DNA from: Candidatus Tectimicrobiota bacterium | GTDB lineage: Bacteria; JACPUC01 | Reading direction: 5' to 3' | Length of the DNA stretch: 62,663 nucleotides | NCBI GenBank assembly: GCA_016192455.1 | Contig: JACPUC010000004.1 | Location: 1-62,663, forward strand | Shown: positions 1-8,536 of the stretch, piece after piece | Layout of the letters: the number at the start of each line of letters is the position of its first letter | Position numbering within the stretch: the stretch's first letter is position 1 | Made by a program: the position numbers and the translations under genes | The notes under the pieces: generated by a model | Databases searched by the model: none | Seen by the model: the letters and a program-made list of their open reading frames with translations, nothing else | Told to the model about the DNA's origin: nothing

Positions 1-140
1 CCCGGCGCTGCTCGGTCGTCGGGGTGCGGCGCCAGCGCTCCAGGGTCTGTCGCTCCTCCTGACTCAACGTAATGGGGACGGATGAGGTGTTCATGCCCCC
101 ATCATAGCACGTAAAGTGCAATAACGCAACTAAGTACTAG
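1..140 (-). mobile_element. IS630-family insertion sequence, left end and transposase N-terminus (partial, runs off the window)
   Basis: Minus-strand ATG at 94 gives MNTSSVPITLSQEERQTLERWRRTPTTEQRR, resembling IS630 N-termini. Upstream end CTAGTACTTAGTTGCGTTATT begins at CTAG (137-140), the typical IS630 TA/CTAG target. Confidence 0.75.
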
Positions 141-510
141 CTCGCCACGCAGGAAGCGCACCAGACTCAGCGCCGCAATGACCGCGGTCTCCGAGCGCAG
201 GATCAAGGGACCGAGGCTGAAAGGCCGAAACCCCGCTTCCCGCGCCTGGCGCACCTCGTCGTCCGTGAACCCGCCTTCCGGGCCGACGAGGAGCAGGCAG
301 GGGGGGGCGAGGTTGGGCCCGGCGGCGGCAAGCGCCGCCCGATCCGGCAGGCCCGCCGTGGCGCGCTCGTAGAGCATCAGCTTTGCCGCATCTGGTTGGG
401 TCGAGGCCCGGAGGACCTCGCCGAGAGGTCGAGGGGGGGCAACCGTGGGGAGGTCGTCGCGCTCGCATTGCTTGGCCGCCTCGGCGGCGATGCGTTGCCA
501 GCGCTGCCGC
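102..510 (-). pseudogene. rsmE: 16S rRNA m3U1498 methyltransferase RsmE, C-terminal half only
   Basis: The frame reads RQRWQRIAAEAAKQCERDDLP...LLVGPEGGFTDDE...FSLGPLILRSETA (RsmE motifs). The N-terminal half is absent, and the last codons read into the IS630 end. Confidence 0.85.
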
Positions 511-753
511 CGCCGCGGCAGCGTCCGCGGACGCCGGCAACGCCCCCTGCACCAGAACCCATCGCTCGCCGTCGGACTCGGCCGGGGCGGGTTCAGAGGC
601 GGCAGCCCCGGAAGGCTCGGTCAAAACGACGCCGCGGCAGCCAAGCTCGCAGAGCCGCTCGGCAACGAGATCGACAAGGTGCTCGGCTACGGTGACCTCG
701 ACCGAGAACCAGCGCGCCGCAGCGCCGCAGGGGGAGGGGGAATCTTGAGACAT
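505..753 (-). pseudogene. prmA: Ribosomal protein L11 methyltransferase PrmA-like N-terminal fragment
   Basis: From ATG 753: ...WFSVEVTVAEHLVDLVAERLCELGCRGVVLTE..., like the PrmA N-terminal domain, at the usual position between grpE and rsmE. No SAM-binding domain follows. Confidence 0.6.
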
Positions 754-811
754 GGCGTGGAGGCGCCGCGATCGGAGAAGCGCGCCTGCCGGGAAGGTCA
801 CAGCGCCGCGC

Positions 812-1459
812 TCACGCCTCGTCGCCCCGCTCCTCCCCTGCCGACGCCGCGGCTGCACGCGCGACGACGACCCGGCTGGGGCGCAGGATGCGATCCTTGT
901 ATCGGTAGCCGGCGGCGACGAGCTCCACGATGGTGTTCTCGGCGTGGTCACTACTTGGCACGGCGGCGACAGCTTCATGGAGGGTGGGGTCGAAAGGGGA
1001 GCCCGGCTCAGCGCTGACGGGTTCCAACCCCGCCGTCCGCAGCGTCTCGTGGAGCTGCTTGGCAAGAAGCTGCATCCCCTCCTGGTAGGCCGTGCCGGCA
1101 ATTTCTCCCTGCGCGGCGCGAAGGGCGCGATCGAAGCCATCAAGGATGGGCAGGAGGTCCCGCAGGAGGCGCTCGTTCGCGTAGCGGCGAAACTCCGCTT
1201 GCTCCCTGGCGGTGCGCTTCTTGAAGTTTTCCAGCTCCGCGTGGGCCCGCAGGTAGAGGTCGCGGCTTTCGGCCAGCTCGGCTTCAAGGGCGAGGAGGCG
1301 CTCCTGAAGCGAAGGGGGCGGCGGCGTCTCGACGCTTCCTTCTCCCTCCGCCTGGTCCTCCGGCAAGGCAGGCTCCATGCTCGGCTGCGGGGCGGGCGCC
1401 TCGACTGATTCCGGGGCCGATTCGGGAACAGAACGGCTGGGTTCGACGGGACTCACCAT
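812..1459 (-). CDS. grpE: Nucleotide exchange factor GrpE
   Basis: LRAHAELENFKKR, DLLPILDGFDRAL, FDPTLHEA, GYRYKDRILRPSRVVV; downstream of hrcA. Confidence 0.95.
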   Translation of the reverse strand: MVSPVEPSRSVPESAPESVEAPAPQPSMEPALPEDQAEGEGSVETPPPPSLQERLLALEAELAESRDLYLRAHAELENFKKRTAREQAEFRRYANERLLRDLLPILDGFDRALRAAQGEIAGTAYQEGMQLLAKQLHETLRTAGLEPVSAEPGSPFDPTLHEAVAAVPSSDHAENTIVELVAAGYRYKDRILRPSRVVVARAAAASAGEERGDEA

Positions 1460-1512
1460 ACACCCGCATCCTACGTGGCGGTGCGAAGCAGGACTGGTGG
1501 GTGGCGTGGTGG

Positions 1513-2580
1513 CTAGCTTGCCAGGTTATGGGGGACGGCGCCCGAAAGCACGTTGCTGACGACCGAGGCCGTGTAATCGACGAGCGAGATCATTCTCGGG
1601 TAGAGGAGGCGTTTGGAACCAAGAATCCCAAGGACACCGCGAACCTGACTGCCATGCGTGTAGGCACGGGTGATGATGGCGCAATCCTGCATCTCGCTCA
1701 GATCATTCTCGCTGCCGATCGTGACGCAGACACCCTCGACCTGCAGGCAGCGTTCAATGAGCTTCAGGACCAGACCGCGCTCCTCGAAGGTGCTCAAAAG
1801 CAGGCGCATCTTCTCGATATTGGCCCTGAACTCCGGCTGCTCCATGAAGTTCAGGATTCCCTCCACGTAGACCTCGGCGCCCGTCTCCTTCTCATCCTCG
1901 GCGAACACCAGCTCGCACAGCTCGATGGCGCGCTGCATCAAGGCGTCGTACTGCGCCTTCTCCAGCCGCATCTTCGCCAGCAGCTCATCGCGCAGCTTGG
2001 AGAGCGTGTAGCCGACGAACTCCTCATTGAGGTAGTTGGCGATGGTGTTCAGCTTCTCCTGGCAGAGGTCGGCATCGAGCTGGAGCTGCCGGCGATAGAC
2101 GGCCCCCGCCTCCGTGACGAAGATGCCGAGGACCGTGCCCGGCCGCAGACGAACGAAGGTGATGTGCCGGTAGACCTCGTCGGGCGGGGTGCTGGCCAGG
2201 ACGATGCCAAGCTGCTGCGAGAGTTGTGACAGAATGCAGGAGGCGGTGTTCAGGACCTCCGTCAACTCCCGGCTCTTCTCCTCGTAGAGCCGGTTGATCT
2301 GCCGCAGGTAGGAACGCGGCAACGACGGGAGCGCCTTGAGATCATCGACGTAGAAGCGGTACGCTTGATCCGTCGGCATCCGCCCGGCCGAGGTGTGCGA
2401 GTGGTGCAGGTAGCCGAGGTCCTCGAGGTTCGCCATGATGTTGCGAATGGACGCGGGGCTCAACCCCAGCGGCAGACGATGCGCCAGACTGCGCGAGCTG
2501 ACCGGCTCGCCGGTCAGCAGGTACATCTGGATCAGCGTTCGCAGAACGTCCTTGGTGCGCTCGCTGATGTTGACGTTCAT
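1513..2580 (-). CDS. hrcA: Heat-inducible transcriptional repressor HrcA
   Basis: GEPVSSRSL...SPASIRNIMANLEDLGYL..SHTSAGRMPTD.AYRFYVD and GVLGILGSKRLLY; start chosen at ATG 2580. Confidence 0.95.
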   Translation of the reverse strand: MNVNISERTKDVLRTLIQMYLLTGEPVSSRSLAHRLPLGLSPASIRNIMANLEDLGYLHHSHTSAGRMPTDQAYRFYVDDLKALPSLPRSYLRQINRLYEEKSRELTEVLNTASCILSQLSQQLGIVLASTPPDEVYRHITFVRLRPGTVLGIFVTEAGAVYRRQLQLDADLCQEKLNTIANYLNEEFVGYTLSKLRDELLAKMRLEKAQYDALMQRAIELCELVFAEDEKETGAEVYVEGILNFMEQPEFRANIEKMRLLLSTFEERGLVLKLIERCLQVEGVCVTIGSENDLSEMQDCAIITRAYTHGSQVRGVLGILGSKRLLYPRMISLVDYTASVVSNVLSGAVPHNLAS

Positions 2581-2723
2581 GGCTCGACCATCTCTGCCGG
2601 CGGCGAGAGAGCCGGAACCACAGGCATGCCGCCGGCCACCCTTCCCCGGATGCTGAGCGGCGCCCATGCGCGCAACCCTGACCACCGCGTGATCGCCGCC
2701 CGCCCGGCGGCTGCTGCGTGTCC

Positions 2724-2752
2724 AACATAAGAGCCTGCGGAGGGGCTGTCAA
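2724..2752 (-). promoter_or_regulatory. Sigma70-type promoter for hrcA-grpE
   Basis: Minus strand TTGACA-N17-TATGTT. Confidence 0.6.
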
Positions 2753-2838
2753 GCGCTTTCCAAGCAGGCCCCGATGGGGGCCGAGGAGACCACGCCGTGA
2801 TGGCGGAAGCGCCGTCCACACCCTCCGGCGGCCCGGCA

Positions 2839-3309
2839 ATGCCAGCCTTTATTGCCGATCTCACCGTCGGGCGACTCGCCAAGTGGTTGCGCTGGCTCGG
2901 CTACGACACGCTCTTCCTGCGCCGGCGGGAGATTCCCATCCTGCTGCGCATCCTCGACACCAGCGCGCGCATCCTCCTCACCCGCAGACGCAGGCTGGCG
3001 CAAGGGCTGCCCGCGGCGCGCGTCCTCTTCATTGAACACAACCAGCTCATGGATCAGCTCCGCCAGGTGGTGACCGCGCTCTCCCTCGACTTCTGCACCC
3101 ACCGCGGCACGCGCTGCATGCGCTGCAACGAGCTGCTGGCGCCGCGGCGCCGGGAAGAGGTGCGGGGCCAGGTGCCGGCGTACACCTACCAGACCCACGA
3201 ACGCTTCTCGCAATGCCCCGGGTGCGGGCGCATCTACTGGGAAGGCACTCACCGCGAGCGGATGGAGGCGTGCGTGGAGGCAGAGCTGCGCAGGGCGCCG
3301 CCCGTGTGA
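2839..3309 (+). CDS. Mut7-C RNase (PIN-like) domain protein with zinc ribbon
   Basis: FIADLTVGRLAKWLRWLGYDT, RILLTR, RCMRCN, CPGCGRIYWEGTH. Confidence 0.9.
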   Translation: MPAFIADLTVGRLAKWLRWLGYDTLFLRRREIPILLRILDTSARILLTRRRRLAQGLPAARVLFIEHNQLMDQLRQVVTALSLDFCTHRGTRCMRCNELLAPRRREEVRGQVPAYTYQTHERFSQCPGCGRIYWEGTHRERMEACVEAELRRAPPV

Positions 3310-3568
3310 GGGAACGGAGCGGCCGTCCGCCATCGACGCCGGCGGCGCTTCCCAGACAGTGTTGGGCGCCGCGGGCCTCTCCCGGCGCGCCGGCGATCCG
3401 CGTCATCGTGCTGTGTTTTCAAGAGGATACGCGCCGCTGGGCGCCTGCTTGGCCCCGGGGTGCGCGCCCGTCGTCTTTACCTCTCCCGCCAGCCTCGCGG
3501 CTGCCCTGCCCTAACTCCTTGAACTGCCAAGCCTGAAAAAATTTCGGAAAATAATGTTTGCAAGCCGC

Positions 3569-3596
3569 TTGACCTCAAGCCGTCTTTTGCTAGGAT
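3569..3596 (+). promoter_or_regulatory. Sigma70-type promoter (extended -10) for the Fis-HTH regulator
   Basis: TTGACC-N16-TAGGAT with TG at the extended -10 position. Confidence 0.45.
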
Positions 3597-3611
3597 GTAC
3601 GTCGTCTTCCC

Positions 3612-3649
3612 TGCAACGCGATTCTGCACGTGCAACGCGATTCTGCACG
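3612..3649. repeat. Perfect tandem duplication 2 x 19 bp, each unit with TGCA-N9-TGCA
   Basis: TGCAACGCGATTCTGCACG at 3612-3630 and 3631-3649. Confidence 0.9.
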
Positions 3650-3752
3650 CAGCACAAGGCATATTCATCCCCTTCATGCGCACGGATGAACTCATAGGGC
3701 ACGGGTCGGGTGGCGTTCGTTCGTCATCCCCTTCGCTCAACGGTCTTTTATC

Positions 3753-4499
3753 TTGACCTCCGCACGACTGGCAGGTTCCTGCGACGTCCTCGTTGTCTCC
3801 GCTTGTGACAGTTCGACGGAGACGATCCGGCGGGCGTGCAGCAGCCTTTCCCTGAACGTCTCACAGGCGCACAGCCTGGACGAGATGGCCACCGCCTTCA
3901 AGGCGCACACGCCCTGGCTGGCGATTTACGACATGGAGCCCGTCGGGGCCTCCCCGCTCAACTCCGACGAGTACTTGCACCAGCAGCGCGTCCCCTGCCC
4001 CTGGCTGATCGTCGCACCGTATGAAGAGAAGCCCCGCGCCCTCCAGCTCTTAAGCTGCGGGGGCCAGGTCTGCCTCTATAAACCCCTCTACGTTGAGGAG
4101 ATTCGCCAGACGCTCTTACTCCTGGAACAGGTTCTGCGGGGGGACGCCTCGCAGAAGGCGCCCACCACGCCGGGGCGGCCCCAGCGTGGCAGGGTTGAAG
4201 CAAGGGCCGCGGCCAGCGAGGCGAGGCTGGTCCTCAACCTGGAAGAGTACGTGGCGCAGATGAGCACCCTGGAGTGCGCCAATGCCTACGAGACGATCAT
4301 GCGGCACGTGGAGCGGCAACTGCTCCAGAAGGTTGTGGAGGCGACGGCGGGGAACCAGACGCGAGCCTCCCAAATCCTCGGCATGAACCGCAACACCTTA
4401 AGGAAAAAGCTGCAGGAGCTGCGCATCCCCCCGAAGGTTCCTCCCGGAGGTCGTGAGCGAAGGCGGGCGCCTTCACCCCCGCGGCGCCGCAACCCCTAG
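3753..4499 (+). CDS. Atypical receiver domain plus Fis-type HTH transcriptional regulator
   Basis: Receiver-like N-terminus (LAIYDM, LYKPL); C-terminal GNQTRASQILGMNRNTLRKKL Fis/NtrC HTH; no AAA+ domain. Confidence 0.8.
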   Translation: MTSARLAGSCDVLVVSACDSSTETIRRACSSLSLNVSQAHSLDEMATAFKAHTPWLAIYDMEPVGASPLNSDEYLHQQRVPCPWLIVAPYEEKPRALQLLSCGGQVCLYKPLYVEEIRQTLLLLEQVLRGDASQKAPTTPGRPQRGRVEARAAASEARLVLNLEEYVAQMSTLECANAYETIMRHVERQLLQKVVEATAGNQTRASQILGMNRNTLRKKLQELRIPPKVPPGGRERRRAPSPPRRRNP

Positions 4500-4623
4500 T
4501 CTCCAGCGTTCGGATCGGCAGTCTTGACGCAGCGCGCCCCGCGGAGTACCCTGGAACCCGGCGCAACGTTCCGCCCCACGCAACCTTCCTGCGCCGACAT
4601 GCGGCGCCGGCGCGAGGCGATCC

Positions 4624-6219
4624 ATGGAACTGCGGCAGTTCCTCCAGCGTCTGCGTGAGACGGGCAATCTGCTTCACCTCAGCAAGGAAATCCCCCTCAA
4701 CCACATTGCGGCCCTGCTGGCAAGCACCGATCGGACGATCTTCTTCGAGCGCGTCCAGCACCACGACATGCCGCTCGTCGGCAACGTGGCCGCCTCGCGC
4801 CGCAACATCGCCCTCGCCTTCGGCTGTGAGCCGCGGGACATCCTCCCGGCGCTGCGGGCGCGTCTCGAACAGCCCCCCGAGCTGAAGAGCGTGACCGATG
4901 CGCCGGTGAAAGCGCAGATCGCCACCGGCGACGAGGTGGACCTTACCCGCCTGCCGCTCCACCTGCAGCACGAGAAGGATGGCGCACCCTACATCTCCGC
5001 CTGCGTCGATGTCACCCACGACCCGGAGCAGGGCCGCTGGAACCTCGGCATGCGGCGCCTGATGTTCCAGGACCGCAACCACGTCGGCATTGACCTGGTG
5101 GCGCCGTCCGACCTCATGGTCCTCTACCAGCGCTCCGCCGCGGCCGGGAAACCCCTGGAGATCGCCTTCCTCCTGGGGGTGCACCCGCTGTGGCAGCTCG
5201 GCGCCCTCATTCGCACCCCCATCCAGAATGAGATCCACTTCCTGGCCAAGCTGGCGGGGCAGCCCCTGGAGCTGATTCCCTGCGAGACCATCGACCTGCA
5301 GGTGCCGGCGGCGGCGGAGATCATCCTGGAGGGGCGCATCGGAGCGGCGGGGTACACGCACATGGAGGGACCGTACGGCGAGTTCCTGGGCGCCTACGGC
5401 ACGGCGCGCCGCAATCCGCTGGTGGAGATCACCGCCGTCACCTGCCGGCACCAGCCGATCTTCCAGAGCACCACGATCAGCGGACCGAAGCTGGCGCGCA
5501 CCGAGACCAGCCAGCTCTCCGCCATCCGCTCCGAGCACGTCATCTGGGAGGCGCTGCGGCACGCCGTGCAGGAGCCGGTGAGCGTCTACTGTCCCCCGGC
5601 GGCCACCCAGGTCTACGCCGTCGCGGCGATCCGCAAGCGTTTCGCGGGCGAAGGGAAGAACGCCCTGCTGGCGATGCTGAGCTGCAAGGCGAACGTGAAG
5701 CAGGCGGTGGTGGTGGATGACGACATCGACATCTTCGATCACGAGCGGGTGGAGTGGGCGCTGGGGACGCGCATGCAGCCAAGCCGCGACGTCTTCATTC
5801 TGGACGACGTGCGGTGCTCCCCCCTTGATCCCTCCATCACCACGGGTCCGCCCTTTACCACGAGCAAGATGGGGATCGACGCCACCCGCCCCTTCGGCGC
5901 CAAAGCCGAGCGCTTCGCCGTGGCTCTCCCTCCGTTCCACTCCGTTCTCGGCGGGCGCCTCACCGAGGAGGCGCTGCTGGACTACCTGGCCGCCGCGCCC
6001 GAGGAGCTGGCGCCGCCGACTCTCACCGATGAGACGCACCTGGCGGAGCGTATCCTCGCGCGCCTGGCGGACGGTTCGGCAACCTACCTCGATCTCCTCG
6101 AGGCGCTGCCGAGCTGCGATCAGCGCCTCCTCCTGCGCAGCCTCGGCGCGCTGACCCAGAGCGGGCGCATCCAGCGGGATGACGCCGGGCGCCTGACCCG
6201 CGCCCCGCAGCGGAGCTGA
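4624..6219 (+). CDS. UbiD-family (prFMN) decarboxylase with C-terminal extension
   Basis: DGAPYIS, WNLGMRR, EIILEG, EGPYGEFLG, VVVDDDIDI, KMGIDAT. Confidence 0.92.
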   Translation: MELRQFLQRLRETGNLLHLSKEIPLNHIAALLASTDRTIFFERVQHHDMPLVGNVAASRRNIALAFGCEPRDILPALRARLEQPPELKSVTDAPVKAQIATGDEVDLTRLPLHLQHEKDGAPYISACVDVTHDPEQGRWNLGMRRLMFQDRNHVGIDLVAPSDLMVLYQRSAAAGKPLEIAFLLGVHPLWQLGALIRTPIQNEIHFLAKLAGQPLELIPCETIDLQVPAAAEIILEGRIGAAGYTHMEGPYGEFLGAYGTARRNPLVEITAVTCRHQPIFQSTTISGPKLARTETSQLSAIRSEHVIWEALRHAVQEPVSVYCPPAATQVYAVAAIRKRFAGEGKNALLAMLSCKANVKQAVVVDDDIDIFDHERVEWALGTRMQPSRDVFILDDVRCSPLDPSITTGPPFTTSKMGIDATRPFGAKAERFAVALPPFHSVLGGRLTEEALLDYLAAAPEELAPPTLTDETHLAERILARLADGSATYLDLLEALPSCDQRLLLRSLGALTQSGRIQRDDAGRLTRAPQRS

Positions 6220-6244
6220 CCCCCACGCCTCGAGTCCATCGGCC

Positions 6245-8005
6245 GTGCCCCGTCCCGCCCCTCCTCCTTGCAGCGCCGACCTCATCCTGCATCACGGATG
6301 CCTGCATACGATGCGGCCGCGCCAGCCATTCGCCGAGGCGCTGGCCATGCGGGGGGAACGCCTCCTCGCGGTGGGAACGAACGCCGCCATCAGCGCCTAC
6401 GGCGGCCCCGCGACGCGCACCCTCGACCTGCGCGGGCGCGCGGTCATTCCCGGCCTCATCGACGCGCACGCCCACCTCGACCGCGACGGGCTGAAGACTC
6501 TCTTCCCCTCCCTCGCCGGCATCCGCAGCATGGCGGACCTCCAGACCCGCATCGCCGCCGAGGCGCGGCGTCGCCCGCCGGGAAGCTGGATCGTCACCAT
6601 GCCCCTGGGCGAGCCGCCGCACTACTTCGACCCCCACTTGCAGCTCGCCGAACGCCGCTGGCCGACCCGCCGGGACCTGGATGCCGCCGCGCCCGACCAC
6701 CCCGTGTACATCCGCGCGCCGTTCGGCTTCTGGACCACGCCGCCGCTCGTCTCCATCGCCAACAGCCGGGCCCTCGCCCTCTGCGGCGTCACCGCGCGGA
6801 GCGCGCCGCCGCTCTCGACCATCACCATCGAGCGCGATCCACGCAGCGGCGAACCGACCGGCGTCTTCCGCGAGGCGCAGGTCATCCCGGTGGTGGAGCT
6901 GACCGTGATGGGCGGCGTGCCGCGCTTCAGCCCCGCCGACCGCGTCGAGGGGCTGCGGCGGTCGCTGGCGCACTACGCCGGCGTCGGCATCACCACGGCG
7001 TACGAGGGCCACGGCGTTGCCCCCGAGGTGGTGGAGGCGTACCGGGCGTTGAGGCGGGAGGGGCCCCTCGGCGTGCGCTGCCACCTCGTGCAGGCGCCGC
7101 TCTGGCAGTCCCCGGAGGAGGCCGAACCCCTGCTCCGGGCGCTGGCTCAAAGGCAGGGTGCGCGAGAGGAGGAGATGCAGGGGAACGCCGCGGCGGCGGA
7201 ACCGGACCCTTGGTTGCGGCTGCGGGACGTTTTCATCCCCTACGGCGGCAACGCCGCCCTCAGCAGTCTCCTGCGGCGGGTGCTGCCGTACACCGGCTGG
7301 GCCGGCTACGTCTCGCCGGCGTTGGCTGACGACGAGTACCACCGCTGCGTCGAGCTGGCGATGCGCCTCGGTTTGCGTGTCCACACCATCGACGGGGGGC
7401 ATGCCGACCGCATCCTCGAGCTGTGGGAGCCCCTCATCGAGCGCAGCGCCGCGCAGGGGCTGCGGCACGTCCTCGTGCACCTGCGGCGCGCCTCGGCCCG
7501 CACCCTCCAGCGGCTGCGGGCCCTTGGCGTGGTGGTGACGACGATTCCGGCGACCGTCATCTGGAAGGAGGGGGAGCGCTACCTCGAGCGGCCGCCCGAG
7601 GAGCAGGAGGTGGCGCCGCATCGGTCGCTCCTGGAGGCGGGCATTCCCTTCGCCCTGGCGACGGACAACGTGCCCGCCAACCCCTTCGCGGCGCTCTGCT
7701 CGGCGGTGACCCGAACGGAGCGCCGCGGCGGCCGCTGCGTGGGGCCGGCCCAGTGCCTGACTCCGGTCGAAGCGCTGCGGGCGATGACGGTGGGCGGGGC
7801 GCACCTGTGCGGCATGGAGGAGAGCCTGGGGTCGTTGCGGGAGGGGAGGTTCGCGGACCTCGTGGTGCTCGACCGCGACCCCCTCGGCATTCCGGGCGAG
7901 GAGCTTGGCGAGGTGCGCCCCCTCCTCACGATGGCGGCGGGGCTGGTGACCTACGCGCGACCCGGCGGCGACCTGGAAGCGCTGGCGCCGGGCGGCGGTC
8001 CCTGA
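6245..8005 (+). CDS. Amidohydrolase_3 (YtcJ-like) metal-dependent hydrolase
   Basis: DLRGRAVIPGLIDAHAH, DLDAAAPDHPV, GEPTGVFRE, ALATD, GSLREGRFADLVVLDRD. Confidence 0.9.
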   Translation: MPRPAPPPCSADLILHHGCLHTMRPRQPFAEALAMRGERLLAVGTNAAISAYGGPATRTLDLRGRAVIPGLIDAHAHLDRDGLKTLFPSLAGIRSMADLQTRIAAEARRRPPGSWIVTMPLGEPPHYFDPHLQLAERRWPTRRDLDAAAPDHPVYIRAPFGFWTTPPLVSIANSRALALCGVTARSAPPLSTITIERDPRSGEPTGVFREAQVIPVVELTVMGGVPRFSPADRVEGLRRSLAHYAGVGITTAYEGHGVAPEVVEAYRALRREGPLGVRCHLVQAPLWQSPEEAEPLLRALAQRQGAREEEMQGNAAAAEPDPWLRLRDVFIPYGGNAALSSLLRRVLPYTGWAGYVSPALADDEYHRCVELAMRLGLRVHTIDGGHADRILELWEPLIERSAAQGLRHVLVHLRRASARTLQRLRALGVVVTTIPATVIWKEGERYLERPPEEQEVAPHRSLLEAGIPFALATDNVPANPFAALCSAVTRTERRGGRCVGPAQCLTPVEALRAMTVGGAHLCGMEESLGSLREGRFADLVVLDRDPLGIPGEELGEVRPLLTMAAGLVTYARPGGDLEALAPGGGP

Positions 8006-8067
8006 AGCGCTCCGGAGGGATCGACACCCGGCGCCGTGATCGGCAGGCGGGGAGCGGTGGCGCGAGA

Positions 8068-8091
8068 GGGCGGGGCAAGCCCCGCCCCTAC
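8068..8091 (-). repeat. GTAG-type REP (variant GTAGGGGCGGGGCTTGCCCCGCCC)
   Basis: Plus strand GGGCGGGGCAAGCCCCGCCCCTAC; same unit at 8417, 8464 and 27607. Confidence 0.85.
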
Positions 8092-8403
8092 AAAGGGACG
8101 GCAGCGCCATCGGCCCGTTGGTCGCGGGCGCGGAGGCTGTCGAGAGGGACGGTCTCGGCTGAATCGCAGACGGGGCAGGCCAGGGCGGCGATCCGGAGGA
8201 ACAGCAGGGCGAGGCCGAGGAGGGGCCAGAGGAGGAGCGGCGCCGGCCAGAGCGCTGCCGCGCAGACGACGGCGGGGCGAGACCTGGGCGTTGCAGCGCA
8301 GGCAGAGGTAGGTGGCGGGCGCGGTGGGGACGGGATCGAGTGGCTGAGCACGGACGGGACAGGTGCGCGCCCAGGATTCGTGGCACGAGCGGCAGGCAGG
8401 CAC
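8088..8403 (-). pseudogene. Small CxxC-TM-CPxC (LITAF-like zinc-ribbon) membrane protein, frameshifted
   Basis: YLCLRCNAQVSPRRRLRGS in one frame continues as PLLLWPLLGLALLFLRIAALACPVCDSAETVPLDS in another; shift near 8245. Confidence 0.55.
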
Positions 8404-8416
8404 GCTCCGCCAGGTC

Positions 8417-8487
8417 GTAGGGGCGGGGCTTGCCCCGCCCTTGCTCCTTAGGCCCTGACGGATGGGCGGGGCAAGCCCCGCCCCTAC
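8417..8487. repeat. Inverted REP doublet (REPIN-like)
   Basis: GTAGGGGCGGGGCTTGCCCCGCCC (8417-8440) and its reverse complement (8464-8487). Confidence 0.85.
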
Positions 8488-8536
8488 GAAGGCCGAGCGA
8501 GCAGCCGCGTCATTGCCGGGAGATGCAGGCGGGGCG

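Noticed and set aside
3612-3649. CRISPR array
   Set aside because: Two abutting repeats with no spacer and no cas genes; no array seen anywhere in the window.
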